NCBI GenBank assembly: GCA_051252135.1
Contig: JBPOGH010000013.1
Coordinates: 32,001 to 96,000 of the forward strand
DNA length: 64,000 bases
Source: Verrucomicrobiaceae bacterium
GTDB lineage: Bacteria > Verrucomicrobiota > Verrucomicrobiia > Verrucomicrobiales > Akkermansiaceae
Direction of reading: 5' to 3'
Position 1 is the first letter of the stretch; each line of letters opens with the position of its first letter. The position numbers were made by a program, and so were the translations under genes. The notes under the pieces were generated by a model, which saw only the letters and a program-made list of their open reading frames with translations, was not told the origin of the DNA and did no database searches. Positions 42,229 to 51,592 of the stretch are shown here, piece by piece.

Positions 42229-43683
42229 TTACGCGGACCGGCGACGTCCTAAGAGGAAGACCGCACCAATCAATGTAAGAAGTGCCGCGCTTGGCTCCGG
42301 AATCGCAACCAAAGATCCCGTCAGGAAGTAAGCTCCCATATCGAAGTAATCGTTTTCTCCGGGATTGAAGGTTGAGTCCTGCGCATGTCCGCCAAAACTC
42401 TTCACTTCAACATAGTAATCACCGGCCGTCAGGGTCGTAAACAGGTTCGAGATCATGGTGTCCGTCGCCTCGTCACCCGAGGTGATCAGGGTATCCGAAG
42501 AGTCATAAAGCGAAATAATGCTTCGCAGCGTCCCTACCCCGTCAGCCTGACCCGGCACAATGAAGTCCGTACTGTTATTGATTGTCAGATCAAGCTGGGA
42601 AGTATCCCCCACCGTAAGGCTGAAGTAGTCCTTCGTGTAATTGTCCGATCCAATCGGATTGTAACTATTCAGACCATTCGGGACAATGATTCCCTTTGCC
42701 GTCGTAAAATCAATATTGGTGCCATTAAGACCCAGCACCGTTGCCGTGGCTGGAGTATGACCGATTCCATCATCGACCAGGGTCAACCCGGCATTGGTGC
42801 TCAACAGACGAGCCACATCGTTCTGCTGATGGAGAGAGGTGTTCATGGGGTCTCCGGTATAACTTACTTCTGTATTGGAGTCACCAGAGCGCCAGGTCGT
42901 CCGTTGCCGTCCATCGGCATTTCCCATGATGGGCACATAGGAACCATCACCTCCATTAACGTCTCCGACGGAATATTCGGCGACGTTCGTATTGCCGTTG
43001 TAGTCGCCTTGGTGATTCAAGCCAAAGGCATGACCGTTTTCATGGGATACGATGCGGCCGATGTAGTCGGCATTGATCACTCCACCGTTGTTGGATCCCG
43101 CCTGATCCTGGCTCAACATGAAGTTCGTCCGGGAGCCACTATAGGAGTTGTTTCCACTGGCTACTGCGATCCCCGAAACTCCATCTGCACCCGCAATCCA
43201 GGGGCCTGGATTGACGCCGTCGTGCCCAATCACCCGTTCACCTGATCCAATCACGGTGTGAAGGAAGTTTGCTTTGGTATCATAATAAGCTTGGCGTTGG
43301 CTGTCTGACAACGTGTTTCCAGCTGCCCATGTATCCTTGACCGCCTGCGATTCAGCAGGATCAACCGTGGTAATATTGACATCAAAACCAATGTACGCCT
43401 GAGCAGTGGCGGCCCAGAGCTCTTTAATTTTCTCTTGCTCCGTCGCATTAAAAGTTCCGGTCGCAGAAACATCGTTCAGGGAAGGAGTAAATCCGGGAGT
43501 GAGATCTTGCGCCGCTCCCCAATCGCCATCGTAATTGAAACCCGCGACGTTGAGATAAATTTCATACGCCGCTCCAGGGCGACTGTTAAGCACGGGGACG
43601 CCGCCGGTGTGATCCTCAGCAAAAGCTGAGAACGTGAACATAGCAGTAAGTCCGATGGCTGCGCGGAAATAGCAATTTTTCAT
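42229..43683 (-). CDS. PEP-CTERM zinc metalloprotease-like protein (paralog 2)
   Basis: HENGHAFGLNH; C-terminal half nearly identical to paralog 1; IPEPSAALL...GRRRSA. Confidence 0.88.
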   Translation of the reverse strand: MKNCYFRAAIGLTAMFTFSAFAEDHTGGVPVLNSRPGAAYEIYLNVAGFNYDGDWGAAQDLTPGFTPSLNDVSATGTFNATEQEKIKELWAATAQAYIGFDVNITTVDPAESQAVKDTWAAGNTLSDSQRQAYYDTKANFLHTVIGSGERVIGHDGVNPGPWIAGADGVSGIAVASGNNSYSGSRTNFMLSQDQAGSNNGGVINADYIGRIVSHENGHAFGLNHQGDYNGNTNVAEYSVGDVNGGDGSYVPIMGNADGRQRTTWRSGDSNTEVSYTGDPMNTSLHQQNDVARLLSTNAGLTLVDDGIGHTPATATVLGLNGTNIDFTTAKGIIVPNGLNSYNPIGSDNYTKDYFSLTVGDTSQLDLTINNSTDFIVPGQADGVGTLRSIISLYDSSDTLITSGDEATDTMISNLFTTLTAGDYYVEVKSFGGHAQDSTFNPGENDYFDMGAYFLTGSLVAIPEPSAALLTLIGAVFLLGRRRSA

Positions 43684-43797
43684 AATATATTGAATTTGAA
43701 TTACTGAGGAACAAAACCAGCGAAAGAGAGAGAGGGGAATTCTCATCTTCGATGAACCACAGGCCCCCTATTATGCATAAGATGATCCGGCAGTATA

Positions 43798-43813
43798 TAA
43801 GACCTTGGTCCTA
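43798..43813. promoter_or_regulatory. Palindromic box, candidate response-regulator site
   Basis: TAAGACCTTGGTCCTA, 115 bp upstream of the paralog 2 start, overlapping the regulator stop codon. Confidence 0.65.
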
Positions 43814-44431
43814 TAGTCCCACTTCAGTCGCCAATCGGACCAACTCGGCAACGGAACCAACTCCCAGTTTGACCATCACCCGCCCCCGGTGCACTTTGAT
43901 CGTCTTCTCGGCGATCCCCAGATCAAAGGCGATCTCCTTGTTCATCTGCCCCCTGATCACCCCCAACATCACCTCTCGTTCACGAGGAGTTAATGTCTCC
44001 ATGCGGCTCTTCACCGCATCTTGTTCCAAAATCTGCGAGTGCTCCTTTCTGTTGGCTTCCAGAGCCATTTCAATCGCACCCAATAAAACTTCATCCCCAC
44101 AAGGCTTGCTGAGAAAATCAACTGCTCCGCTCTTCATCGCTTTTACGCTCGCCGGGATCGTCCCGTTTCCGGAAAGAAAAATAATCGGGATGCGACTCCC
44201 CGTCTTCTCGAGCTCTTCCTGCAACTCAAGCCCCCCCATCTCCGGCATCGTCAGATCCAGAACCAAACACCCCCTCTTCTCCGAGGAATGCTTCCCCAGA
44301 AATTCTCTCGCCGACTGATACATCTCAACTTCCCAACCGGCCGATCTCACCAAGCGACCCAACGCCCGCAGCACCGACTCATCATCGTCCACCAAAAACA
44401 CTGTAGCGTCATGTCCACCCGAACCCGTCAT
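43811..44431 (-). CDS. FixJ/LuxR-family response regulator
   Basis: VFLVDDD, CLVLDLTMPEMGG, AVDFLSKP, LTPREREV, NKEIAFDLGIAEKTIKVHR. Confidence 0.95.
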   Translation of the reverse strand: MTGSGGHDATVFLVDDDESVLRALGRLVRSAGWEVEMYQSAREFLGKHSSEKRGCLVLDLTMPEMGGLELQEELEKTGSRIPIIFLSGNGTIPASVKAMKSGAVDFLSKPCGDEVLLGAIEMALEANRKEHSQILEQDAVKSRMETLTPREREVMLGVIRGQMNKEIAFDLGIAEKTIKVHRGRVMVKLGVGSVAELVRLATEVGL

Positions 44432-47400
44432 ACCGGCAAGATAAAGTGAACCGTCGCTCCCGGACCACTGTTATTTTCCGCCCACATCCTCCCACCATGC
44501 TCTCTCACAATGTTGCGGCTCAAAGAGAGACCCAGCCCGAATCCCTGATCCTTGGTCGAATGAAAACTCTCAAAAATCTGAGCCTCATCACCTGTCGGAA
44601 TCCCATGCCCGCGATCATGCAACGACACTTCGATCCCTCCCGTTACTGAGAGCGCGGTAAATATCGTCAGTTTGCGATCCTCAAGAGGAACTCCTTTCAT
44701 CGCGTCCGCGGCATTGAGCACCAGATTGATAATGACTTGCTGAAGCTGAACCCGGTCTCCCTTCACCACCGGCAATCCATCATCAAAAAGAAAAACCACT
44801 GTGATCCCCCGATCCTCCAAATCCCCTTTGACCAGATTCACCACTTCCGCCACCAGCGGGTTGATCTCCAGCTCCTCCGATACAAACTTCTCCTTGTTCA
44901 ACAATCCGCGCACCCGCTCGATCACCTTGCTCGCCCGCTGATCGTCCGCAATGATATCACTCAAAATCTCATCGATCTGCCGTGCATCGAAACCATCCCG
45001 CGCCAGAAAACGCTTCGCCGCCTGGGCGTTGCTCAATATCCCCGTCAGCGGCTGATTGATCTCGTGAGCCAACGATGCCGAAAGTTCACCCAACGTCGCC
45101 AATTCGGTCAACTCCGCCGCCCGATGGCGCTGACGAACCAACTCCGCATGCTCATTCGCCAGCTTCACATTCATCTCGGAAACCTTCAATCGCGACCGAA
45201 CCACCAGCCACACCACACCACCACCAATCACCACCAAACAAAGCCCCATCAATCCCTGAAACCACTTCGTTTCCCAAAAGGCCGCCTCCACCGTAAAGTC
45301 GTAGCTCGCAAACTCCTCACTCCACCGCCCGTCCCCCGTTCCCGCATTCACCTCAAAACGATAATCCCCGGCTGCCAGAGAGGGAAAATTCACCTCCCGA
45401 CGACTCCCAACATCCACCCAGGAGGGATCCAATTGCGGCACCCGATATCGAAAACGAATCTGATCAGGATTCCGGTAATTGAAGGCTGTAAAATGAAACT
45501 CCAAATCTCTCACTCCCGGGGGCAGAACACGCGTCTTAAACCCCTTCCCCTTCCAGATCACCCGCTCAATGAGGGCCGATTTGGGAATCGCCATCTCAAC
45601 ATACCGATTGGGATCAATCGTCGCGATGCCAGCCACCGTTGAAAAATAAAGTCTCCCGTCCTCCGCCCGGAGACCTGCCGGATGAAATCCCCCCGGGCAA
45701 TCCTCAATCTCCAGCCCGTCTTCCCGGTTCAACAGGGTCGGATGCACCAGCCTCCGCCTCCCGGCCACCACCTCCTCAATCTCCTTCCGCGCCACCCGGT
45801 AAATTCCTCGCTGCGTCCCCAGCCACAAATTCCCGCCTTCATCCTCCACAATCTGGGTCACCAAACTGTTCTTCAACACTCCCTCGGTTCCCAACGGAAT
45901 AATCCGGTCCCCAAGTAGACAAACCAACCCTCCCCCCCCGGTCCCAATCCATAGGGTCCCGCTCCGATCCTCATACAGGGAAAGCAGCACTTCGGTCGGC
46001 AGCCCCTCCCCCTTCCCCCAATTCCTCAGCCCGTCTTCACTCACATGAAAAAGCCCCCGCCCCCTCGTACTCAACCACCACGCACCCGGCCCCGCGGAAA
46101 CCAAACCGGAGATCGGCACACCCACCGAAATCACCTCCCGATAACTCCCATCCTCAACCGCGATCAACTTACCGGACCTCGTCCCCACAAACATCTTCCC
46201 GTCCGTCCCCTCCGCAATCGAAATCACTGTCCCGCTGATCGCAAGCTGGTGCACCTCATCGGCATCACCCTCATACCAAATAATCGATCCCGACCCCACG
46301 ACATAGGTCACCCCCAGTGAATTTGTCATCCCCGTGAGCGCATTCCGAAGCGGGATATTTTGGGCCTTTTCCAGCCGATCCAAAGGCCCCTTAAAAACCC
46401 CATCCCCAAAGGAACAAATGAGAAAATCACCTGCTCCATCTCGGGCAAACCCATAGATATTCCCATCCGCCTCCACCGGATAATGCATCACCTCCCTCTC
46501 CAGCAAGCGGGTCAACCCACCCTCCCAACATCCCACAAAAAGCAAGTCATCCACCGCAAACAAAGCGCGGATCGAATCACTCGGACTCTTCTCAACTCCG
46601 GTCTCAACCCGCTCGAAAAAACCATCCTCCATGACATACAGTCCCCTCTCATTCGAACCCGCCCATATCCTGCCTTCGGAATCCTCCGCAAGACAATAGA
46701 TCGAACTCAACGGAAGACCGTCCCATGGCTCAAACTTCTGCCACCGCTCCCCATCAAATTTCAACACCTTCCCGGTTTCAATACTGAGCCAAAGCGCCCC
46801 CTCCCGATCGAGCATGAGGGCTCGCACATACGGGATCAAAACCCCGGTATCGTCCTTCGTAATCTCCCACTTGCCATCGCGCAAATAGAACAGTCCATGC
46901 TTCTCAATCCCCACCCACAATCCCCCTTGGGCATCGGCAGCCATCTCCAGAATTTCCCCTTCCGGCAGGCCCACCTCCTTTCCCACATCAACCAATCCCT
47001 TCTCATCGGAAGCAAACTGCAGCCCCCCGCTGCTCCCAACCCACACCCCGCCATTCCGCGCAGACTCCAAAATCAAGACACTATTGTGGGCCAACCCGTC
47101 CTCCGTAGTCAGCGTCCTGAGCTTCCCATCCTTCATACGCCCCAGGCCGCCACCGAACGTCCCGATCCACAGCCCCCCGTCCTCATCCTTCGACAGGGCC
47201 GCAATATCCACCCCCTCCAATCCGTCCGAAATCCCCAACGTTTCAAAATTCACTCCATCAAAGCGCGCCAACCCACCACGCGTCCCCACCCACAAAAAAC
47301 CATCGTCCGTCTGCTCAATCGCCAAAACCGAATTATGCGCGAGACCATCCCCCGTCGTCCAGGACCTCGCCGCCCACCGGTCATCGGATCCTATCACCAA

Positions 47401-47463
47401 ACCACAGGCCAGCACTCCCGCCATCAAGCGAACTAACAAGCGGGAAAATCGACCAGCCACCAC
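44428..47463 (-). CDS. Sensor histidine kinase with periplasmic beta-propeller (two-component regulator propeller) and Y_Y_Y domain
   Basis: Repeated DGFLWVGT/GGL units, FRYRV, TM helix, H-box LAHEINQPL, N-box QVIINLVLNA, G-boxes DRGHG and GFGLGL. Confidence 0.93.
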   Translation of the reverse strand: MVAGRFSRLLVRLMAGVLACGLVIGSDDRWAARSWTTGDGLAHNSVLAIEQTDDGFLWVGTRGGLARFDGVNFETLGISDGLEGVDIAALSKDEDGGLWIGTFGGGLGRMKDGKLRTLTTEDGLAHNSVLILESARNGGVWVGSSGGLQFASDEKGLVDVGKEVGLPEGEILEMAADAQGGLWVGIEKHGLFYLRDGKWEITKDDTGVLIPYVRALMLDREGALWLSIETGKVLKFDGERWQKFEPWDGLPLSSIYCLAEDSEGRIWAGSNERGLYVMEDGFFERVETGVEKSPSDSIRALFAVDDLLFVGCWEGGLTRLLEREVMHYPVEADGNIYGFARDGAGDFLICSFGDGVFKGPLDRLEKAQNIPLRNALTGMTNSLGVTYVVGSGSIIWYEGDADEVHQLAISGTVISIAEGTDGKMFVGTRSGKLIAVEDGSYREVISVGVPISGLVSAGPGAWWLSTRGRGLFHVSEDGLRNWGKGEGLPTEVLLSLYEDRSGTLWIGTGGGGLVCLLGDRIIPLGTEGVLKNSLVTQIVEDEGGNLWLGTQRGIYRVARKEIEEVVAGRRRLVHPTLLNREDGLEIEDCPGGFHPAGLRAEDGRLYFSTVAGIATIDPNRYVEMAIPKSALIERVIWKGKGFKTRVLPPGVRDLEFHFTAFNYRNPDQIRFRYRVPQLDPSWVDVGSRREVNFPSLAAGDYRFEVNAGTGDGRWSEEFASYDFTVEAAFWETKWFQGLMGLCLVVIGGGVVWLVVRSRLKVSEMNVKLANEHAELVRQRHRAAELTELATLGELSASLAHEINQPLTGILSNAQAAKRFLARDGFDARQIDEILSDIIADDQRASKVIERVRGLLNKEKFVSEELEINPLVAEVVNLVKGDLEDRGITVVFLFDDGLPVVKGDRVQLQQVIINLVLNAADAMKGVPLEDRKLTIFTALSVTGGIEVSLHDRGHGIPTGDEAQIFESFHSTKDQGFGLGLSLSRNIVREHGGRMWAENNSGPGATVHFILPV

Positions 47464-47553
47464 TCCACAATCTTATCCTCGATCTAAAAAGCGATCCCGG
47501 AATTTCCCAAAAAATGCGCCGTGGACCCCCACCGCCATTCAAGCGGACCACCG

Positions 47554-47621
47554 CCCGCGATACTTTTTCGTCAGCCTCTTCGCGCACTCAATCTGCGCCC
47601 CCGTCTCCAGACAACACTTCC
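47554..47621. repeat. Copy of the phosphatase gene 3' end (48388-48455)
   Basis: 68 bp, 3 mismatches counted by eye, same orientation. Confidence 0.92.
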
Positions 47622-47636
47622 CCCGCACCCCCGACG

Positions 47637-47720
47637 ACCGGCAACAAACCCCTCCAGCACAAAAAGCCCAAACTCAAAAACAAGGGCCCCCGCCGCAAAA
47701 CCGGACGCACCGGAAAACGG
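47637..47720. repeat. Copy of the helicase-domain gene 3' end (40345-40428)
   Basis: 84 bp, 1 mismatch counted by eye, same orientation. Confidence 0.95.
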
Positions 47721-47793
47721 GAGAGCAGCCTCTCCTCTTCCCGAAAACAAAGAAGATCGCGACTTCTCCCCCCCTCCCGGGTTTCATCCCCCA

Positions 47794-48378
47794 ATGAAAC
47801 TCCTCTTCGTCTCCCTCGCCCTCATCCTCGCCCACCCCGCCTTCGCTCAAAGGAGCCGGATCGACAACGCCCCCAAGGTCGGCGACCCCATCCCCAAGGT
47901 TTCCGCCATCTCCCTCGAAGGACAAAAAAAGATCGACCTCTCCAAACCGGAAAAGATCACCGTCCTCATCTTCGGCTCCCACACCTGAGGCCCTTTCATG
48001 AGGCTGGCCGGGCGCCTGCAATCTCTCTACGAAGCACACTCAACCCATGCCGACTTCTGGTGGATCTACATTCAGGAAGCACACGCCACCGACGGACGCC
48101 GCCCCAGCCAAACCGTCAAAATCCCCCTTCATAAAACCCTCGAGGACCGTAAAAAAGCCGCCACCGGATGCACCGCCGCCTCAAGCCTCAAGGTCCCCGT
48201 CCTCCTCGATGACATGGAGGACTCCGCCTCCAAAGCCTACTCGGCCCTGCCCGAACGCTTCTTCATCCTCGGAACAGACGGAAAAGTCTCTTACGCCGGA
48301 GGCCGCGGCCCAAGAGGGGTTGATCTCGACGCCCTCGAAAAACACCTCAAAGAACTCACAACCTCAAAAAAAGAATAA
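47794..48378 (+). CDS. Putative selenoprotein, iodothyronine deiodinase-like (Sec at codon 65)
   Basis: MKLLFVSLALILAHPAFA...KVGDPIP...VLIFGSHT-TGA(47986-47988)-GPF...WIYIQEAHATDG...LLDDMED...YSALPERFFIL...Y.GGRGP, all in one frame. Confidence 0.88.
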
Positions 48379-48384
48379 CCCACC

Positions 48385-48873
48385 CTACCCGCGATACTTC
48401 TTCGTCAGTCGCTTCGCGCACTCAATCTGCGCCCCCGTCTCCAGACAACACTTCCGCCTCTCCCGGATCCACATCACCGGATCCGTCCCCTTCGGGATGA
48501 ACCCCGCCTTCGCACACCAGGCGATGATAAACTGCCCGGTACGCCCGCACCCCGCCACACAATGGACCACCACCGGTTCCTTCGCCGCGTGATGCGTGTC
48601 CATCAATTCGAGGAACTGCTCAATCTGCCGCTCCGATGGCACCCCGTAATCCGGCACATGAAAAAAGTGATAATCCAACCCCTTCGGCACATCCCTCCGG
48701 TTGTCGAACTCACAAACATTCACCACCGCCCGAATCCCCTCCTCCTCGAAAATATCGAAGACATAAGGATCCGGCCACCAGGAAGCTGCGATCACTCCCT
48801 CCACAATCCAGGTAAAAGGCTCGGTCCGCTCCGGCTGTCCACGCTCCGGCCAATACGACGGTCGAATAGGCAT
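48385..48873 (-). CDS. Dual-specificity/protein-tyrosine phosphatase
   Basis: HVPDYGVP loop; VHCVAGCGRTG (CX5R). Confidence 0.92.
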   Translation of the reverse strand: MPIRPSYWPERGQPERTEPFTWIVEGVIAASWWPDPYVFDIFEEEGIRAVVNVCEFDNRRDVPKGLDYHFFHVPDYGVPSERQIEQFLELMDTHHAAKEPVVVHCVAGCGRTGQFIIAWCAKAGFIPKGTDPVMWIRERRKCCLETGAQIECAKRLTKKYRG

Positions 48874-48934
48874 GCCCGTTTATCGCACCTCCCCGGCCCG
48901 GATCAATCATGCAAATCGGAGAATCGTCCCCCTC

Positions 48935-49996
48935 CTATTCAAACTCCAACTCGGAAAGCTTAAGCGCCTCCTTCATCACCTTCTTCCCTTCGGAATTAAT
49001 GATCGCCAACTCAACAGCCTTCTCCTCCCAATCGATCTCAATCAGACCGGCATTGAGCTCCCAATAAGACTCGCCCACCCTAAAGGAATTATCGGCCTGG
49101 GCCCATGATTTGCTCGTGTGAGAGAAACCACTGCTCGTGAGATCGTAAAACGGGTAACCCCCAATCTCTTTCTTGGACAACTCCGCAAAATGAACGTCCC
49201 CCGAGATCGCAAACGTATGCTCTGCTTTGTGCTTCTTCAGGAGATCAAAGAGCCTCTTCTGCTCATGCGGAACATTTCCCCAATTTTCCATTCCCTTCTC
49301 AAACGATAGCATCTGAATGCTGCTCGCAATGATACGGAGATCAGCCGGAACCTGAAGCTGCTCATCGAGCCACTTCCACTGGGCCTCTCCCAGAAGCGTT
49401 TTCTCCACATCATTCGTCGGCTCATACCAACCCACCGTGCCCGCCTTCTTTTCCCCTTTCGCCCGCGGAATCTCATCTCGGAAATACCGCGTATCGAGAA
49501 GCAGGATCTGACAGCACTTTCCCTTCTCCCCAAAAGTATAGGAACCATAAACCCCCTCACGCTTCCGCCGCGGCGAGTCGGCCGGGTCCTTGAAAAAATC
49601 GAGGAAAATTCCTTCCGACTCCCGCCGCATGGAATACGACTTCCCGCCATCATTGATGCCGTAGTCATGATCATCCCAGGTCGCCAGCAGCGTCGTGGCC
49701 TCCCGAAGCTTTCCGAACCCCTCCACCGCTTCCAACTCACCATACTTTTTCCGAAGAACCTCCATGTCATCGGTATCTCCGTAAATATTGTCACCGAGAA
49801 AAATAAACACCTCAGGCTCTTGCTCGAGCACCACCTCAAACATGGCATCCCTCTGATCCCGGGGATTGTAGCACGAACCAAAGGCAATCGTCTCAACCGC
49901 CTTCGCCTGGTGAAAATCAGCCCGGATTTCACCGTGACTTTGGGAAAGGGAGCCCGACATCAAAAGACCGGACCAGACAAGCGGGCGAAGTTTCAT
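48935..49996 (-). CDS. phoD: PhoD-family alkaline phosphatase
   Basis: IAFGSC, FLGDNIYGD, TWDDHDYG, LLDTRYFR, LLGEAQWKWL, ISGDVH. Confidence 0.92.
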   Translation of the reverse strand: MKLRPLVWSGLLMSGSLSQSHGEIRADFHQAKAVETIAFGSCYNPRDQRDAMFEVVLEQEPEVFIFLGDNIYGDTDDMEVLRKKYGELEAVEGFGKLREATTLLATWDDHDYGINDGGKSYSMRRESEGIFLDFFKDPADSPRRKREGVYGSYTFGEKGKCCQILLLDTRYFRDEIPRAKGEKKAGTVGWYEPTNDVEKTLLGEAQWKWLDEQLQVPADLRIIASSIQMLSFEKGMENWGNVPHEQKRLFDLLKKHKAEHTFAISGDVHFAELSKKEIGGYPFYDLTSSGFSHTSKSWAQADNSFRVGESYWELNAGLIEIDWEEKAVELAIINSEGKKVMKEALKLSELEFE

Positions 49997-50093
49997 TCCC
50001 TCCACCCTACGACTTCCGGATTCCATGTCGATCTACCAACACACAATCTGAAGAATCCGTTGAAATCAGGACCGCAGCCCCCGTCGCCCCTCC

Positions 50094-50810
50094 CTACCGG
50101 TTCAAATAGGTCGGCGTCTTGTGTTGCGTAAAGAACTCGTCCGTCAACGCCATCATTCCATCCGGATTCCCCGGAAGCGGAGTCGAGTCCGGAGGACGGG
50201 GAACATTGCGTCCGATCGTCGCATCTTCCGCCTGGGTTTGCGCAATCGATACCGGAGTCCCCACACTCACCAGCCGGTAAAATTTGGGGGCCACATTCTT
50301 GTGCATCCTCAGGCATCCACCCGAAGCGGGATACGGCTTCATCCAACCGGTATGGAATCCATACGCCGACTTAAACTCACACCAATAAGGCATCGGCGTC
50401 CCCTTGAATCCCCAACCCGCCGGCTTGTTCCGCAAATAAACACCGCGCACCGTGTTCCCTTTGATCGCATACCCGTGGGTGTTGGCCCGGTAATAATGAT
50501 TCTTGCTCCGAATCCGAAAACTCCCCGATGGCGTCGGGCTGGAACTCTTCCCCACCGTCACCGGCATCACCAGAAGCGGCTTATTCCCCTCCATCACATA
50601 GGCCATGCGATTTCTGAGCGACACCTTAACCCGAACATTCGATGGATTGCTCGGAAGCGTTGCGGGCAAATCATACGCTTCATAGGCCCGCGCCAGCGAA
50701 CTCCCCGATCCCGAAACCGAGGTACTCGAGCACGAACTGCACAAGAAGCTTGCCGCACAAATGGCGATAATCAGGGGGAGAAGCGCGCGTTTTTTAGGGA
50801 GATCGGTCAT
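50094..50810 (-). CDS. L,D-transpeptidase (YkuD) family lipoprotein
   Basis: VKVSL...VTVGK..PTPSG, YGFHTG...ASGGCLRM. Confidence 0.85.
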   Translation of the reverse strand: MTDLPKKRALLPLIIAICAASFLCSSCSSTSVSGSGSSLARAYEAYDLPATLPSNPSNVRVKVSLRNRMAYVMEGNKPLLVMPVTVGKSSSPTPSGSFRIRSKNHYYRANTHGYAIKGNTVRGVYLRNKPAGWGFKGTPMPYWCEFKSAYGFHTGWMKPYPASGGCLRMHKNVAPKFYRLVSVGTPVSIAQTQAEDATIGRNVPRPPDSTPLPGNPDGMMALTDEFFTQHKTPTYLNR

Positions 50811-50930
50811 TCTGGTAAAAGGCTGGTTTTGCTCATGGAGCACTCGGGATGTTGCGGGAATTCTTCCCATCGCGTCAAGGAACAAGAAATCACGACCCCT
50901 AAGGTCACCCCGACACAAGACGGGTCTTCC

Positions 50931-51437
50931 CTACTTCTTGGCGCGAACCAAGGTCAACTCACCCGTTTGTCCGTTCTCCTCACTGGAAATCGTCACCTTC
51001 ATCGTATCACCGTCCACCATGTGGTGCCGGATCTTCATCGTTCCTTTCTCACCCTCACCCGACCGATACTGAAGTTCCAAAATAGCGTCCTCACCATCCA
51101 TGCTCCACTTTCCAATACTCCCCCCACCCTTGTTGTCTCCACTCACCGAAAAGACCGCCTCCTTATCAGGATCAAAGGCCATGAGGGACACACTCTTGGT
51201 GTCGCCATAGGACGTATTCACCTCGATCAACTTATCCTCAAACTTCCACGCATAGATCGTCTTGATGACCTCCCCCTTTGTATCGGAATCCACCCAGGTC
51301 CCAAGAATCCCCTCCCACCCCGCATGGCGAAGGGCATCCCCCAGGTCATCAGCCCGGGCAGACGATGTGACCGCAAAGGCAAGCGCAGCGATCGAGGCAA
51401 GGAAGGAACGGCGGAAAAGAGACAAGTTCGTTTTCAT
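50931..51437 (-). CDS. Hypothetical secreted protein
   Basis: Tat-like signal FRRSFL; ILGTW beta-barrel-like pattern. Confidence 0.7.
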   Translation of the reverse strand: MKTNLSLFRRSFLASIAALAFAVTSSARADDLGDALRHAGWEGILGTWVDSDTKGEVIKTIYAWKFEDKLIEVNTSYGDTKSVSLMAFDPDKEAVFSVSGDNKGGGSIGKWSMDGEDAILELQYRSGEGEKGTMKIRHHMVDGDTMKVTISSEENGQTGELTLVRAKK

Positions 51438-51592
51438 GGATTGGCCACTGTAGGGACTCCCCCTCTCCTGTGAAGCAGGAAGTCATCACCCTCATCCTCG
51501 GGCCATTCTCGGACCTAAAAAACCGGAATACTCGGTCCTTCTTACTTTGGCCCTTGTGATTCCGGTTTCTCCGCCAGTATGATCGCAGACGC

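Noticed and set aside
47514..47793. ORFs 47514..48134 and the N-part of 47521..47988 as genes
   Set aside because: They are read through the duplicated gene-end junction; the plausible start with a signal peptide is ATG 47794.
35813..47988. Alternative genetic code (UGA = Trp/Gly) as the explanation for the two in-frame TGAs
   Set aside because: Many ordinary genes in the window end in TGA, and both in-frame TGAs fall on redox-Cys positions, which favours selenocysteine.
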